Shown here: positions 40,248 through 50,346 of the stretch, piece after piece | Numbering within the stretch: position 1 is the first letter of the stretch | Layout: each line of letters begins with the position of its first letter | Assembly: GCA_963675525.2 (NCBI GenBank) | Contig: CAXXSL010000016.1 | Span: 576,001 to 640,000, forward strand | DNA length: 64,000 nt | Origin: Anaerohalosphaeraceae bacterium | GTDB taxonomy: Bacteria; Planctomycetota; Phycisphaerae; Sedimentisphaerales; Anaerohalosphaeraceae | Direction of reading: 5' to 3' | Program-made: the position numbers and the translations under genes | Notes under the pieces: generated by a model | The model's input: the letters and a program-made list of their open reading frames with translations, nothing else | Told to the model about the DNA's origin: nothing | The model's database searches: none

Positions 40248-42527
40248 ATGAAAAAGGCTACTCAAGACAGGCGGCAATCAAGACTTCGGTGGACAGTCAA
40301 TTTAATCCTTTTGATCTGTGCCAGCATCATCTTTTCATCACTCTTACTGCTGTTTAGTACCAATCGCCGGGTCTTCAGTAAACATTTTCCCCTGATTCAG
40401 ACTGTTTACGATATTCAGTGCCGTATGCTTGAGGCGCATTTGTGGTTTGAGGAGGCTATCAGCGGCGACACCACGGTCAAGCTCGAAGAAATCCAGGATC
40501 TGCTCAATCAAGCAGATCGGGATATACGGGCCCTGCTGGACGGCGGCACTACCCGTTTGGGAACAATCGAACCGGTACAATATCCTCTCCTGCGGGACAA
40601 CTTCAAACAAATCCACCTCCTTTCAGGTGAATTGAGACAGATCACAAAACAGCGATGGGAAAATATTTCAACCTCGGGTACCGGCAGTGAAATCGACCAG
40701 CAGTATGATGGGCTTTTTAAAGAGTTACTCGCCAGCGCAAACAACGCTTGTAATGATATCGATGAGATCATCCTGCGTGAGACGATCGCTTATAAACGGA
40801 GTACAGGTGTGCTTCTGGGCACATCGTCTGCGATCCTGTTGGCTATCAGTGTGCTGATCAATTATTTTCTGTCCTATCAATATAAAAGTAATCAAAAGCT
40901 GTTCTCGGTCAATCAGCAGCTTGAAGCAAACGAACAACAGTTGCGGGCATCAAACCAGCAGCTGACGGCGAGTGAACAACAATTAAAATCGGGCAATCAG
41001 CAATTACGTGCCTCTGAGCAACAATTGCAGGCGGTTAATCAGCAGTTGACGGCTAACGAAGCTGAACTCAAGCGGCTCGCCAGGTTTCCATCGGAAAACC
41101 CGAACCCAGTGCTGCGAATTCTGGACGACGGAACCATTTCCTATTACAACCGGGCCAGTAAGCCCTTGCTTGATGCCTGGCAGTGCAGCCATCATGATAA
41201 ACTGGCTGAACCATGGCTGGGTTTCGTTATGCAAGCGTTCGATAGCGAAGAGCCGATACAGATGGAAGTTGACTGCGAGGACAGGATCTTCCTGGTGACA
41301 TTTTCGCCGATTGCGGAGATGAACTACGTCAACCTCTATGCGACAGATATCACTCAACGTAAGCAGGCAGAAAAATCATTAAAGTCTTCTCTTTCTATGC
41401 TGACAGCCGCACTTGAATCGACCGCCGACGGCATTTTGATTGTGGACGGCCGCGGCAAGATCGAACAGTGGAATCAAAAATTCGTCGAGATGTGGCAGAT
41501 CCCGAAAAAAATTATCTCGACTAAAGATGATGATGCCGCCATCGGGCACGTGCTTTCACAGCTTACGGACCCTGAGCAATTTATCGACAAGGTCAGGGCT
41601 CTCTACACACAGCCGGACGCTTCCAGTTTTGACCAATTGGATTTTAAGGATGGACGGGTTTTTGAACGCTACTCACAGCCGCAGAAAATCGGTGAAATTG
41701 TGGTCGGACGTGTGTGGTCATTCCGCGATGTCACCGAGCGTAGACTGGCTGAGCAAGAACGGGAAAAGCTGATGCATAAGTTGAGGTCCAAAAACGAGGA
41801 ACTGCAAAGTATCGTTTATATCTCTTCGCATGATCTGAGGTCTCCGCTGGTTAATATTAACGGCTTCAGTGACTTACTCACTCAGCATATCAATCGCCTC
41901 AAATCTCTCCTTAAAAGCGGAGCGGAAGAAAACCGCTCTGAATTAACTGAACTCCTCGAAGGGCATATCCCCGAAGATATCGAATTTATCGCACACGGCA
42001 CAAAAAAAATGGAACTCCTGATAAACGGTCTGCTGCAGGTTTCCAGGGTTGGAACAACGGCCGTGAATCCGGTCGAATTTGACATGAATGATGTCGTCGA
42101 TACGATCATTGATAACGTCACGTACAAAGCCAAGCAAAGAGAGGCGGTTATTACCCGGGACGATCTGTGCCCCTGTTACGGAAATCCCGTTCAGATCAAC
42201 CAGGTGTTTTCAAATTTGATCGATAACGCGCTCAAATATTGCGATCTTTCCCGAAAAACACACATTCATGTTTCCTGTGTACACAACAACAGCAATGCTG
42301 TTTACTGTGTTCATGATAATGGCATCGGCATTGCCAATGACCAGCATGAAAAAGTGTTCAATATTTTTTATCGGTTTGACCCCGAGCATGTCGCAGAAGG
42401 CGAAGGGTTGGGGTTGACGATCGTCCGGCGGATTCTTGACCATCATAGCGGACGCATATGGATTGAATCAACCCCCGGCGAGGGAAGTAAATTTTTCATC
42501 TCATTACCCAGAAAGGAGGCCTTATGA
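40248..42527 (+). CDS. Membrane PAS sensor histidine kinase (HisKA) with heptad-repeat linker
   Basis: Two TMs, (N/E)QQLxA repeats, SHDLRSPL, NLIDNALKY, GEGLGL. Confidence 0.92.
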   Translation: MKKATQDRRQSRLRWTVNLILLICASIIFSSLLLLFSTNRRVFSKHFPLIQTVYDIQCRMLEAHLWFEEAISGDTTVKLEEIQDLLNQADRDIRALLDGGTTRLGTIEPVQYPLLRDNFKQIHLLSGELRQITKQRWENISTSGTGSEIDQQYDGLFKELLASANNACNDIDEIILRETIAYKRSTGVLLGTSSAILLAISVLINYFLSYQYKSNQKLFSVNQQLEANEQQLRASNQQLTASEQQLKSGNQQLRASEQQLQAVNQQLTANEAELKRLARFPSENPNPVLRILDDGTISYYNRASKPLLDAWQCSHHDKLAEPWLGFVMQAFDSEEPIQMEVDCEDRIFLVTFSPIAEMNYVNLYATDITQRKQAEKSLKSSLSMLTAALESTADGILIVDGRGKIEQWNQKFVEMWQIPKKIISTKDDDAAIGHVLSQLTDPEQFIDKVRALYTQPDASSFDQLDFKDGRVFERYSQPQKIGEIVVGRVWSFRDVTERRLAEQEREKLMHKLRSKNEELQSIVYISSHDLRSPLVNINGFSDLLTQHINRLKSLLKSGAEENRSELTELLEGHIPEDIEFIAHGTKKMELLINGLLQVSRVGTTAVNPVEFDMNDVVDTIIDNVTYKAKQREAVITRDDLCPCYGNPVQINQVFSNLIDNALKYCDLSRKTHIHVSCVHNNSNAVYCVHDNGIGIANDQHEKVFNIFYRFDPEHVAEGEGLGLTIVRRILDHHSGRIWIESTPGEGSKFFISLPRKEAL

Positions 42528-42970
42528 CGCCCCGGCAACAAACCTTGACTGAAGCGGATTTTAAGGTGAGCCTAAGAAATGATATTGTGATCATTATGGC
42601 AGAAGATGAAGAAGGGCACTATTTGTTAACAAAGCATTGTCTTCGAAAGGCGGGGATTTCAAATGAAATTATCTGGTTTGAAGACGGCAGGAAAACCCTT
42701 GATTTTTTCTTAGGCGATGGATTCGGACGGGATGGAAAAAAATGTCTCCTGCTTCTGGATATCCGCATGCCCGGAATGGACGGTATCGAAATCCTGGAAA
42801 AAATTAAAAAGAACGACGCCCTTGCACATGTTCCGGTGATCATGCTGACCACCAGCGGAGATCAGGAGTTAGCAAACCGCTGTTACAGTCTTGGCTGCGA
42901 GGCTCATATTATCAAACCGCCGGGCATCACCCTCTTGAAGGCCATTAAACGCGTTTGCGAGCGGCTTTAA
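42524..42970 (+). CDS. Single-domain response regulator
   Basis: AEDE, LLDIRMPGMDG, LTTS, IIKP. Confidence 0.9.
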   Translation: MTPRQQTLTEADFKVSLRNDIVIIMAEDEEGHYLLTKHCLRKAGISNEIIWFEDGRKTLDFFLGDGFGRDGKKCLLLLDIRMPGMDGIEILEKIKKNDALAHVPVIMLTTSGDQELANRCYSLGCEAHIIKPPGITLLKAIKRVCERL

Positions 42971-43017
42971 AAAAAACAATGTCAAACAACATTCCATTAT
43001 GAGGCGATAAAGACACA

Positions 43018-43503
43018 GTGGACAACATTATTCATGTCAATACGGGTGAAGTTAGAGTCGGTCGCAAGGTGCGTTTGAGATCGTTGGCAATCGGTTCCTG
43101 TATTGTCATTGCGGCATATGATGCTGAAACCCGGGTCGGCGGGATGGCACATGTTATGCTGCCGGAAGAGTCGCCCAAAACGGCACGCCATAAAACACGC
43201 TATGTCTATGACGGGATCCATGAGTTGCTGCGGCAAATGATCGAAGAAGGGGTCAACCCGGAAAATATCGAAGTGTCGCTGGTCGGGGCGGGAAATGTAC
43301 TGCAAAAAACAGATGATACGATTTGCACATCCAACATTGAATCAGCAACTCGACTTTTAAGAGAAAACAATTTTCCGATCAGAGCTTCGGTTCTCGGCGG
43401 CATCCATCGAAAAAGTGTTTTTATGGACGCTGAAAAGGGAACGATCTTATACACGGAAGGGAACGGTCCGGAAACGTTGCTATGGAAGGCAGCAACGCTT
43501 TAA
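43018..43503 (+). CDS. cheD: Chemoreceptor glutamine deamidase CheD
   Basis: IGSCIV..D..GGMAHVMLP, VGAG. Confidence 0.88.
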   Translation: MDNIIHVNTGEVRVGRKVRLRSLAIGSCIVIAAYDAETRVGGMAHVMLPEESPKTARHKTRYVYDGIHELLRQMIEEGVNPENIEVSLVGAGNVLQKTDDTICTSNIESATRLLRENNFPIRASVLGGIHRKSVFMDAEKGTILYTEGNGPETLLWKAATL

Positions 43504-45851
43504 TCCCCGGCTTTATCATGTTCGGACGATTCATCCGCTCCGTTTAGCTGCTTCTGTAATTCTTCAATTTTTGCCGTGGCCGTTGTATATGCCGTATGCC
43601 CGATACGGCTGACGACAGGCTTGCGATCAGGATACATGATCTTAAACTGCGACCGATAGGCTTCTTCAATCTCGACGGCCTTCTGAAAATGGGCCAGTGC
43701 CTGTTGGGGTTGTTGAAGTTCTTCGGCAACCATTCCCAGCGTGTAATGCATCCGGTCAGAACCGGGGTAGCGATCAACGGCCTCCTGAAATGCGTCATAT
43801 GCTTTTTGGAGATAGTCGTTCTTTTGTTCCGAATCTATTTCCGGAGAGCCCAGCAAGAGATAAATATCTCCCTGCATACGGAACGGCTTGAAATCGGCAG
43901 GATTTCGGCGGTGCGCGATACCGGCATACTCAATCGCTTTATCGAGCAACAACGTATCTTTCGCTGACGGCCGCTGCTGGGCATACATCTGTGTCAGTAC
44001 ACCGGCGGAACGGTATGCGGTGTCCGGCGAGAGGGGGTCGGCGGCAATGGCTTTTTCCAGTTGCTCGAACGACCGTTCCTCGGAACGGAGAAATCGTCTG
44101 AACAAATCGTTCGCCCTCATCGGCAGCACAACAACAAGAACAAGGCAAAAGAAGCTTGCTGCCGTTAAACCAATCGCCGCGAATAATCGGCGGGATTCTT
44201 TAAATAAAATCGGCTTTTCCTCGGTACCGGTATTATTATGAATACAGGCAACAAAAATCGCAACAAAGAGCCAGAAAGTATTCCAGATGCCCGGCTCAAA
44301 GATCGCAAAGTCGATTAGATTATGGACGAATACCGCCGCCAGACCGCAAACCAGTGAAATCATCAGGTAACGATTCCGCTTCGGCACGGAAACATCTGCC
44401 GTTGACACGGCACAAAGCAGGATAAACGCCAGCGTAAAAACGCCTGCCGGAAAAAGAAACAAAACCAGATATGCCGCCATGCGGACATCCGCCTGTTGTA
44501 TTAAAAAAGCCGCATCAACCAAGGCCGGACGAACAAACGCCAGCATACACACTGCCGCGGCTAATATACCGGGCCACATTTTTTTATCGTCTGTCTGAGA
44601 TAGCAACGCAGCATTTGTTGAAGTTCCTAATTGTTGCTGAAGACATTTACCCACCGGAATAAAAACCGCCGCCAGAAATGCTGCCAGTCCCAGCGGACCA
44701 TACTGGCTCAGCAGGAACAGCACAACATTGTGCGGATCCTGAATGGTTTCCAGCGCAGCAGGCGTTTTGTACATGGGATAATAAACCATAAAATTGCCGC
44801 CGCCGACACCTGTCCAGAAATGATCGCCAATCATTTTCACTGCGCTTTGCCAATACTGCCAGCGCACCAGCATCGAGTTGCCGCCGGGCAGACGGCCGTG
44901 GTCCCGACCATATATCACGACCAAAACCGAAGCAAGAAAAAGCCCTGCCAGTAAAAGAAATCCGAGAGTAAAGCGGTGTTTCCACAATCGTTTTCCGAAA
45001 AAACCCAAGGCGGCCAACAGCATGATTCCCACGATCAGCGCACCGTTACCGCCCTTGCTTTTTGTCATCACAAGCCCCGTTAGAACGATGATCAACCCCA
45101 GCAGGTAGCATACAAAGGCCGCCAGTGTTTCGGGGTGTCGACGTTCGTGAAAAGCCTCGATGCATAACCCCAGCGAAGCAAAGACCGCCAGCAGGAAAAA
45201 TGACGCGGACGAGTTACTGGTCATCAGAAATCCGCGTATGCCTTTGGAGTACAACCGGTGTTCGTACATCCAGTGTTCAAGACTGTCCGGTTCAATGCCT
45301 GCTCTTTGTAACGATCCGGCCTTGTCCTCTTCATAATTTTTAATGATGCTTTCATTGGAATCGAGCAACTGGTCGAAACACAGGACCGTTGCCGCCACGC
45401 CGATGGCCACAATTAATAGCAGCGCGATGCGAATGGTCCGTTTGCTTTTAAACAGTTGAACCAGCAGCATTGCCGCTACCATTGGTGCGGTCAAAAACAC
45501 CAGGTCGGTCAGGGCCATGCGTTTATTGGAAGCGGCAAAAAATGAGAGAATGCCCGCGACGACAAACAACGCAACAGGGATGCCCAGATAGGTTTTTCGC
45601 CACTCCAGTCGGCCGGTCAAAACCGAAACCAGCAGCCAGACAACAAAACACGCGAGCAATATCGTCGAAAGAATCAGGCTGATGATCTCGGACGTCAAAA
45701 ATAACTGGGTTTGCAACTGCTCGATGTGAGGGTTTTCAATATAAGTCGCCCGCAGGGTAATGATACTCAGCACGATTAACAACAGACCATATTCGAGTGT
45801 TTTCAAAACCGCCTGTTTTCTGCTTTGTCTTTTTTTAATATCCAATCGCAT
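43500..45851 (-). CDS. O-antigen ligase family protein with C-terminal TPR
   Basis: Multiple TMs, TKSKGG, R.QYW..GVGGGNF, PHN; TPR-like tail. Confidence 0.85.
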   Translation of the reverse strand: MRLDIKKRQSRKQAVLKTLEYGLLLIVLSIITLRATYIENPHIEQLQTQLFLTSEIISLILSTILLACFVVWLLVSVLTGRLEWRKTYLGIPVALFVVAGILSFFAASNKRMALTDLVFLTAPMVAAMLLVQLFKSKRTIRIALLLIVAIGVAATVLCFDQLLDSNESIIKNYEEDKAGSLQRAGIEPDSLEHWMYEHRLYSKGIRGFLMTSNSSASFFLLAVFASLGLCIEAFHERRHPETLAAFVCYLLGLIIVLTGLVMTKSKGGNGALIVGIMLLAALGFFGKRLWKHRFTLGFLLLAGLFLASVLVVIYGRDHGRLPGGNSMLVRWQYWQSAVKMIGDHFWTGVGGGNFMVYYPMYKTPAALETIQDPHNVVLFLLSQYGPLGLAAFLAAVFIPVGKCLQQQLGTSTNAALLSQTDDKKMWPGILAAAVCMLAFVRPALVDAAFLIQQADVRMAAYLVLFLFPAGVFTLAFILLCAVSTADVSVPKRNRYLMISLVCGLAAVFVHNLIDFAIFEPGIWNTFWLFVAIFVACIHNNTGTEEKPILFKESRRLFAAIGLTAASFFCLVLVVVLPMRANDLFRRFLRSEERSFEQLEKAIAADPLSPDTAYRSAGVLTQMYAQQRPSAKDTLLLDKAIEYAGIAHRRNPADFKPFRMQGDIYLLLGSPEIDSEQKNDYLQKAYDAFQEAVDRYPGSDRMHYTLGMVAEELQQPQQALAHFQKAVEIEEAYRSQFKIMYPDRKPVVSRIGHTAYTTATAKIEELQKQLNGADESSEHDKAGD

Positions 45852-45859
45852 GGTGTCTC

Positions 45860-46987
45860 CTACTGTCCTGCCGCAGAGTTGATTCGGCTGGCTTCCAGAA
45901 TTCCGATGATCAGCAGGATCATAATGGTTTGAAGAGCGATCAGCACTGCGCCAACTAAATCAGCCTGCTGTAAAAGGACCGCTCCCAGGCCCGTACACAA
46001 GGTCGCCAGGTAAAGGGTCAGCGCCACCTGCCGGTCCGAAAGCCCCCGTCGTTTAAGGCGATGGGAAAAATGCTGGGTATCCCCGACGAACGGACTCTTT
46101 CCCTGTTTGAGCCGCAGGAACGTAACACTCATAAAATCATACAGCGGTACGGCCATCACAATTGCCGGCATGAAAACCGAATACAGTTCGGTTCCCGCTT
46201 CGGCATTGTAATAGGTCGTCCGCAGCGTCAGCAAGGCCACAAAAAATCCGACGACCATTGAGCCGCAGTCACCCATGAAAATTTTGGCCGGTGGAAAATT
46301 AAACAGCAGAAACCCCAACAGTGCACCGATGAAAACCGATCCCATCGCGCCGACAAAAACCTGTCCGCTCCGCACGGCCGCGACCATAAGAACCGCTGTG
46401 GCAATCAGTGCAATGCCGGTACTGGCCCCGTCCATATTGTCAAGAAAGTTAAACGCATTGATCATCAGAACAATCCAGAATACCGACAGAACCGTCGTCA
46501 TGAACTTGTTTTCGATAAACATCTCGGCACGAACATCGGCGTACACCGCAGCAATGATTGCAACGGCAAACTGAATGGCCAGCTTCACAAACGGGTTTAA
46601 GTCTCTTTTATCATCCCAAAGGCCCATCAGGTGCAAGATAAAGACCGCCATAATTACAACCAGTAAGTCATTGATCTTTGACAGGAAGCCTTCGGCGTGG
46701 GTCTGCACAGAGGCATCCAAGAATGAAAGATGACCCGGCGCAACCAGAAACTTAACCGCCGCGGCACCTGCCAGAACAAACAATGCGATCGTCCAGAAAA
46801 TCGCGATTCCGCCGCCCAATGCGATGACGTTGCGGTTGTAGCGATCTTCGCGTGGATGCGACACAAAATCGGTCTTCACGGCCCAGTGTCTGACAAGCGC
46901 GGTTAAAATCGCACTGCACACAAACGCCGCCGCGGGCAAAGCAATCATGGCTATCATTAAATGATTTATAATACTATCTCCTGTCAT
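45860..46987 (-). CDS. MraY/WecA family undecaprenyl-phosphate GlcNAc-1-P transferase
   Basis: GLWDD, NAFNFLDNMDG, FNFPPAKIFMGDCG, DTQHFSHRL. Confidence 0.9.
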   Translation of the reverse strand: MTGDSIINHLMIAMIALPAAAFVCSAILTALVRHWAVKTDFVSHPREDRYNRNVIALGGGIAIFWTIALFVLAGAAAVKFLVAPGHLSFLDASVQTHAEGFLSKINDLLVVIMAVFILHLMGLWDDKRDLNPFVKLAIQFAVAIIAAVYADVRAEMFIENKFMTTVLSVFWIVLMINAFNFLDNMDGASTGIALIATAVLMVAAVRSGQVFVGAMGSVFIGALLGFLLFNFPPAKIFMGDCGSMVVGFFVALLTLRTTYYNAEAGTELYSVFMPAIVMAVPLYDFMSVTFLRLKQGKSPFVGDTQHFSHRLKRRGLSDRQVALTLYLATLCTGLGAVLLQQADLVGAVLIALQTIMILLIIGILEASRINSAAGQ

Positions 46988-46988
46988 T

Positions 46989-47012
46989 CCGCGTGGGCAC
47001 GGCCCACCCTAC
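46989..47012 (-). repeat. GTAG-type REP-like palindrome
   Basis: Minus strand GTAGGGTGGGCCGTGCCCACGCGG; its TAG is the stop codon of the DUF4416 gene. Confidence 0.65.
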
Positions 47013-47554
47013 TTTTTCAGAGCGCGCTGTTGCCGGACAACGCATTCTCGAACGTTGCTAAGAAAACCATTATACCGTCCGCTCTTGAAATCGGGAAATG
47101 TAAAAGGAAAAGATTCCCATTTGCCCCTGTTGTACGTCATGGTGACCTCAGCGTACATGTGGTCGCCGATGTAGATGCGATGGGCAAAATTCTTAGTCGA
47201 GGCCAGCACCAGCTTGGACGGCTCGACAAAACCGGGGTCCAGATTCACCGGACGGGAATACGGCGTATCCAGTTGCTTTGCCAGTTCCTGCTCCATACGA
47301 TTCGTTTCGTGCTTGATCGCCGCCAGACACCCGGGGTCGATGAGATTTTCAAAGGCCAGGAACTGCCGCACCATATTTGCCCCGGCTTCGTCAACATAAT
47401 ATTCCGTCATATCAAACAGATAGACTTCACTAACCAAATCCGCCGGACCATAGACATCTACCAGCGGCGCATGGGACGCTTTCAAGGCCGCCTCATCGCA
47501 CGCCAATATCCCCACGATCAGTTTAACCGGTAAAATATCCTGTACATCCCACAT
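47009..47554 (-). CDS. DUF4416 family protein
   Basis: TEYY..E.G, K.ETN.ME, RPVNLDPG..LVLASTKNF.HRIY, TFPDF. Confidence 0.88.
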   Translation of the reverse strand: MWDVQDILPVKLIVGILACDEAALKASHAPLVDVYGPADLVSEVYLFDMTEYYVDEAGANMVRQFLAFENLIDPGCLAAIKHETNRMEQELAKQLDTPYSRPVNLDPGFVEPSKLVLASTKNFAHRIYIGDHMYAEVTMTYNRGKWESFPFTFPDFKSGRYNGFLSNVRECVVRQQRALKK

Positions 47555-47606
47555 GGATTAATACCACCGTGCATAAAAAAGGTGGGCCAAAGACCCGCCC
47601 TGCGAT

Positions 47607-49346
47607 TTATTTTAGCTGGTTGAGTTTGGCTTTCATGTCTTTGACTTTATCGGCAACGTGTTGGGCGGCACTGTCCAGCGGCAAGGTGCTGCGGTCGGCA
47701 TCCGTGCGGAGCTTGAACTCGACGAGTCCTTCGGCCAGCGTTTTCTTGCCGACGGTGACCCGCATCGGAATTCCCAAGAGGTCTGCGTCTTTGAACTTGA
47801 CCCCGCCGCGGGCATCGCGATCGTCGAACAAGACTTCCACGCCTGCATCCAGCAGTTGCTGATAAATTTTTTCCGCCGCGGCCATGACGTCCTCTTCCTT
47901 GCCCGCAGGGGTCACGATCACTTCCCACGGCGCGATCGTAATCGGCAAAATCATGCCGTTTTCATCGTGCCCGTTCTCAATCGCCGAGGCGATGATGCGG
48001 TTAATGCCAATGCCGTAACAGCCCATCAGACAGCTCTTTTGTTTGCCATCGGCATCGAGAAAGTTGGCGCCCAGCTTCTTGCTGTATTTATCGCCCAGCT
48101 TGAATACCTGTCCGACTTCGATGCCGCGTTTGAACAACAGCTTTTTGCCGTCGTAGGTATCACCTTCGACCGCGTTGCGAATATCGGCAATTTGAATAGT
48201 GTCCCCTTCCAGCGGAAAATCCCGCCCGGGGACGACATTCATGATATGATAATCGGTCTTGTTGGCGCCGGTGGCACCGACAGCCATCGCCGCGACACCG
48301 TGGTCGATGAAAACCTTGCTGACCTTATCACACAATCCAACCGGCCCGGCAAAGCCAACCGCCGCACCGGTCAGTTTCACAATGTCGGCCTCTTCAGCCA
48401 TGTCCATGCGTGCGCCGTTCATCAGACGGGTCAGTTTTTCCGGGTTAGCTTCATGGTCGCCACGAATCAAAGCAACAATCAAATCATCGCCGCTTTTATA
48501 AATCAGCGTTTTGATAAGCTGGTCGGCGGTCACTTTCATATACCTGCAGGCATCTTCGATCTTGCCGGCCTGCGGTGTATGAAAATCCTCTACCGGCCCG
48601 ACCTCGACGGCAGGCTGTTTGGCCAGCGCATCGACGGGCGCTTTTTCAATATTCCACGCCTCTTTATCGTCATCGGTATAAACAATCACGTCTTCGCCGT
48701 TATCACAGGGTACGGTAAACTGATGCGAACCGCTGCCGCCCATCTCGCCGGACTCGGCCAAAACAATAACATACTCAAGACCGCACCGCTCAAACACCCG
48801 GCAATAGGCGTGGTACATGTCCATGTAGGTTTTATGCAGACAGTCTTCGCTGCCGTGAAAACTGTAGGCGTCTTTCATGATAAATTCGCGTGACCGCAGC
48901 ACGCCGAACCGCGGACGAAACTCATCGCGATACTTCGTATTGATCTGGTACAGATTCATCGGAAGCTGTTTATAGGAGTTGATCTCATTGGAGGCCAAAA
49001 ACGTAAATCCCTCTTCCGCTGTCGGCGACAATACATTGCCCCGGCCGTGCCGGTCGATGAATGTGCCGAGTGTTTCGCCATAGTCCACATCCCGGCCGGT
49101 TTTTTGCCACAACTCCAGCGGCTGAATCACCGGCATGGTGACTTCCTGCGCGCCGGCGCGGTCCATTTCTTCACGCACGATCTGCATCACCTTATTGAGC
49201 ATTCGCTGGCCGGCCGGCAGATATATATACGTCCCGCTGGCCAGTTTACGCATCAGCCCGGCGCGAAGCATCAATTGATGGCTGATAATCTCCGCATCCG
49301 CAGGCACTTCCTTTATTGTCGGTATTAATGTCTGACTGTATCGCAT
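47607..49346 (-). CDS. proS: Proline--tRNA ligase
   Basis: SHQLMLRAG, RDEFRPRFGVLRSREF, GIEVGQVFKLG, MGCYGIG; editing insertion present. Confidence 0.98.
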   Translation of the reverse strand: MRYSQTLIPTIKEVPADAEIISHQLMLRAGLMRKLASGTYIYLPAGQRMLNKVMQIVREEMDRAGAQEVTMPVIQPLELWQKTGRDVDYGETLGTFIDRHGRGNVLSPTAEEGFTFLASNEINSYKQLPMNLYQINTKYRDEFRPRFGVLRSREFIMKDAYSFHGSEDCLHKTYMDMYHAYCRVFERCGLEYVIVLAESGEMGGSGSHQFTVPCDNGEDVIVYTDDDKEAWNIEKAPVDALAKQPAVEVGPVEDFHTPQAGKIEDACRYMKVTADQLIKTLIYKSGDDLIVALIRGDHEANPEKLTRLMNGARMDMAEEADIVKLTGAAVGFAGPVGLCDKVSKVFIDHGVAAMAVGATGANKTDYHIMNVVPGRDFPLEGDTIQIADIRNAVEGDTYDGKKLLFKRGIEVGQVFKLGDKYSKKLGANFLDADGKQKSCLMGCYGIGINRIIASAIENGHDENGMILPITIAPWEVIVTPAGKEEDVMAAAEKIYQQLLDAGVEVLFDDRDARGGVKFKDADLLGIPMRVTVGKKTLAEGLVEFKLRTDADRSTLPLDSAAQHVADKVKDMKAKLNQLK

Positions 49347-49358
49347 GTTTCTCCTGTT

Positions 49359-50312
49359 TTAATCGGCGACATCCAGGTCGCTGCGGATGTCATTATAAAA
49401 CTCCGCGTACTTATCCTTGTTATCGGTTTTTCGTACTCGGATCGCCGCACGCGGGTGCTGGTTTAAAATACCCGTAATGGCATACGGAATCATATAGCCC
49501 CATTCAATTTCCTCAAGCATTGGAATCATGTGGTCCTGAATGACCCGAAGAATCGGCTCCAGGTCAAATTTTGGATTTTTCAAAAAGCCCATCAGCAGTT
49601 CCAGCGGACAGTTCCCCGCACCGCGGCCAATGCCGTACAACGACGCATCCAGCAGGTTGGCCCCTTTACGAATTCCTTCAATCGTATTGGCAAAGCCCAA
49701 TTGCTGATTGTTATGGCAATGCATCCCGATACGCTTGCCGGGCAGATGCTCCTGGAACATCTTGACCATATAATGAATCTGCTCGCTGAAGAAATAACCA
49801 AAACTGTCCACGACATAAACCGTCCCGGCAGGCGTCTTGGCAACCTGGTCCAGTGCCTCGATCAGGTCAAATTCGTTTTCCCGGGAAATGGCCATGATAT
49901 TGACACAGGTCTCATATCCGAGGTCATGCACACGGTCGCACAGCGTAATGGCCTTGTCAATATCCTTCACGTAAGTCGCGATACGAATCATATCAACCGG
50001 ACTTTCATCCACTGGCTTAAATTCCTGCTCCATTACACGATGCGCATCCACCATGATACTGATTTTGACATCGGACTCGATGCCGTCAATAATTTCGGCG
50101 ATTTTATGGTCATCACAAAATTTCCAGGCCCCAAAATTCTTGGGGTCGGCTACCTGACGGCTGCTGCGATAGCCCATTTCCATATAATCAACACCTGCAT
50201 TACTAACGGCTTTATAAACTTCGCGCACAAACTCATCCGTGAAAAAATGGTCGTTGATCAGCCCTCCGTCGCGGATCGTGCAATCCAATACTTTAATTTC
50301 TTCTCTGTACAT
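49359..50312 (-). CDS. HMGL-like/DRE-TIM aldolase (4-hydroxy-2-oxovalerate aldolase-like)
   Basis: LDCTIRDGG, VDSFG, HCHNN, GRGAGNCPLE. Confidence 0.85.
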   Translation of the reverse strand: MYREEIKVLDCTIRDGGLINDHFFTDEFVREVYKAVSNAGVDYMEMGYRSSRQVADPKNFGAWKFCDDHKIAEIIDGIESDVKISIMVDAHRVMEQEFKPVDESPVDMIRIATYVKDIDKAITLCDRVHDLGYETCVNIMAISRENEFDLIEALDQVAKTPAGTVYVVDSFGYFFSEQIHYMVKMFQEHLPGKRIGMHCHNNQQLGFANTIEGIRKGANLLDASLYGIGRGAGNCPLELLMGFLKNPKFDLEPILRVIQDHMIPMLEEIEWGYMIPYAITGILNQHPRAAIRVRKTDNKDKYAEFYNDIRSDLDVAD

Positions 50313-50346
50313 AATCTCTCCCGTTCTCCATTTTTTTAGCAACTAA

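Noticed and set aside
47658..48893. Long antisense ORFs (also 28183-29037, 49530-50339, 56289-57002)
   Set aside because: Shadows of well-supported genes on the opposite strand, with no recognisable motifs
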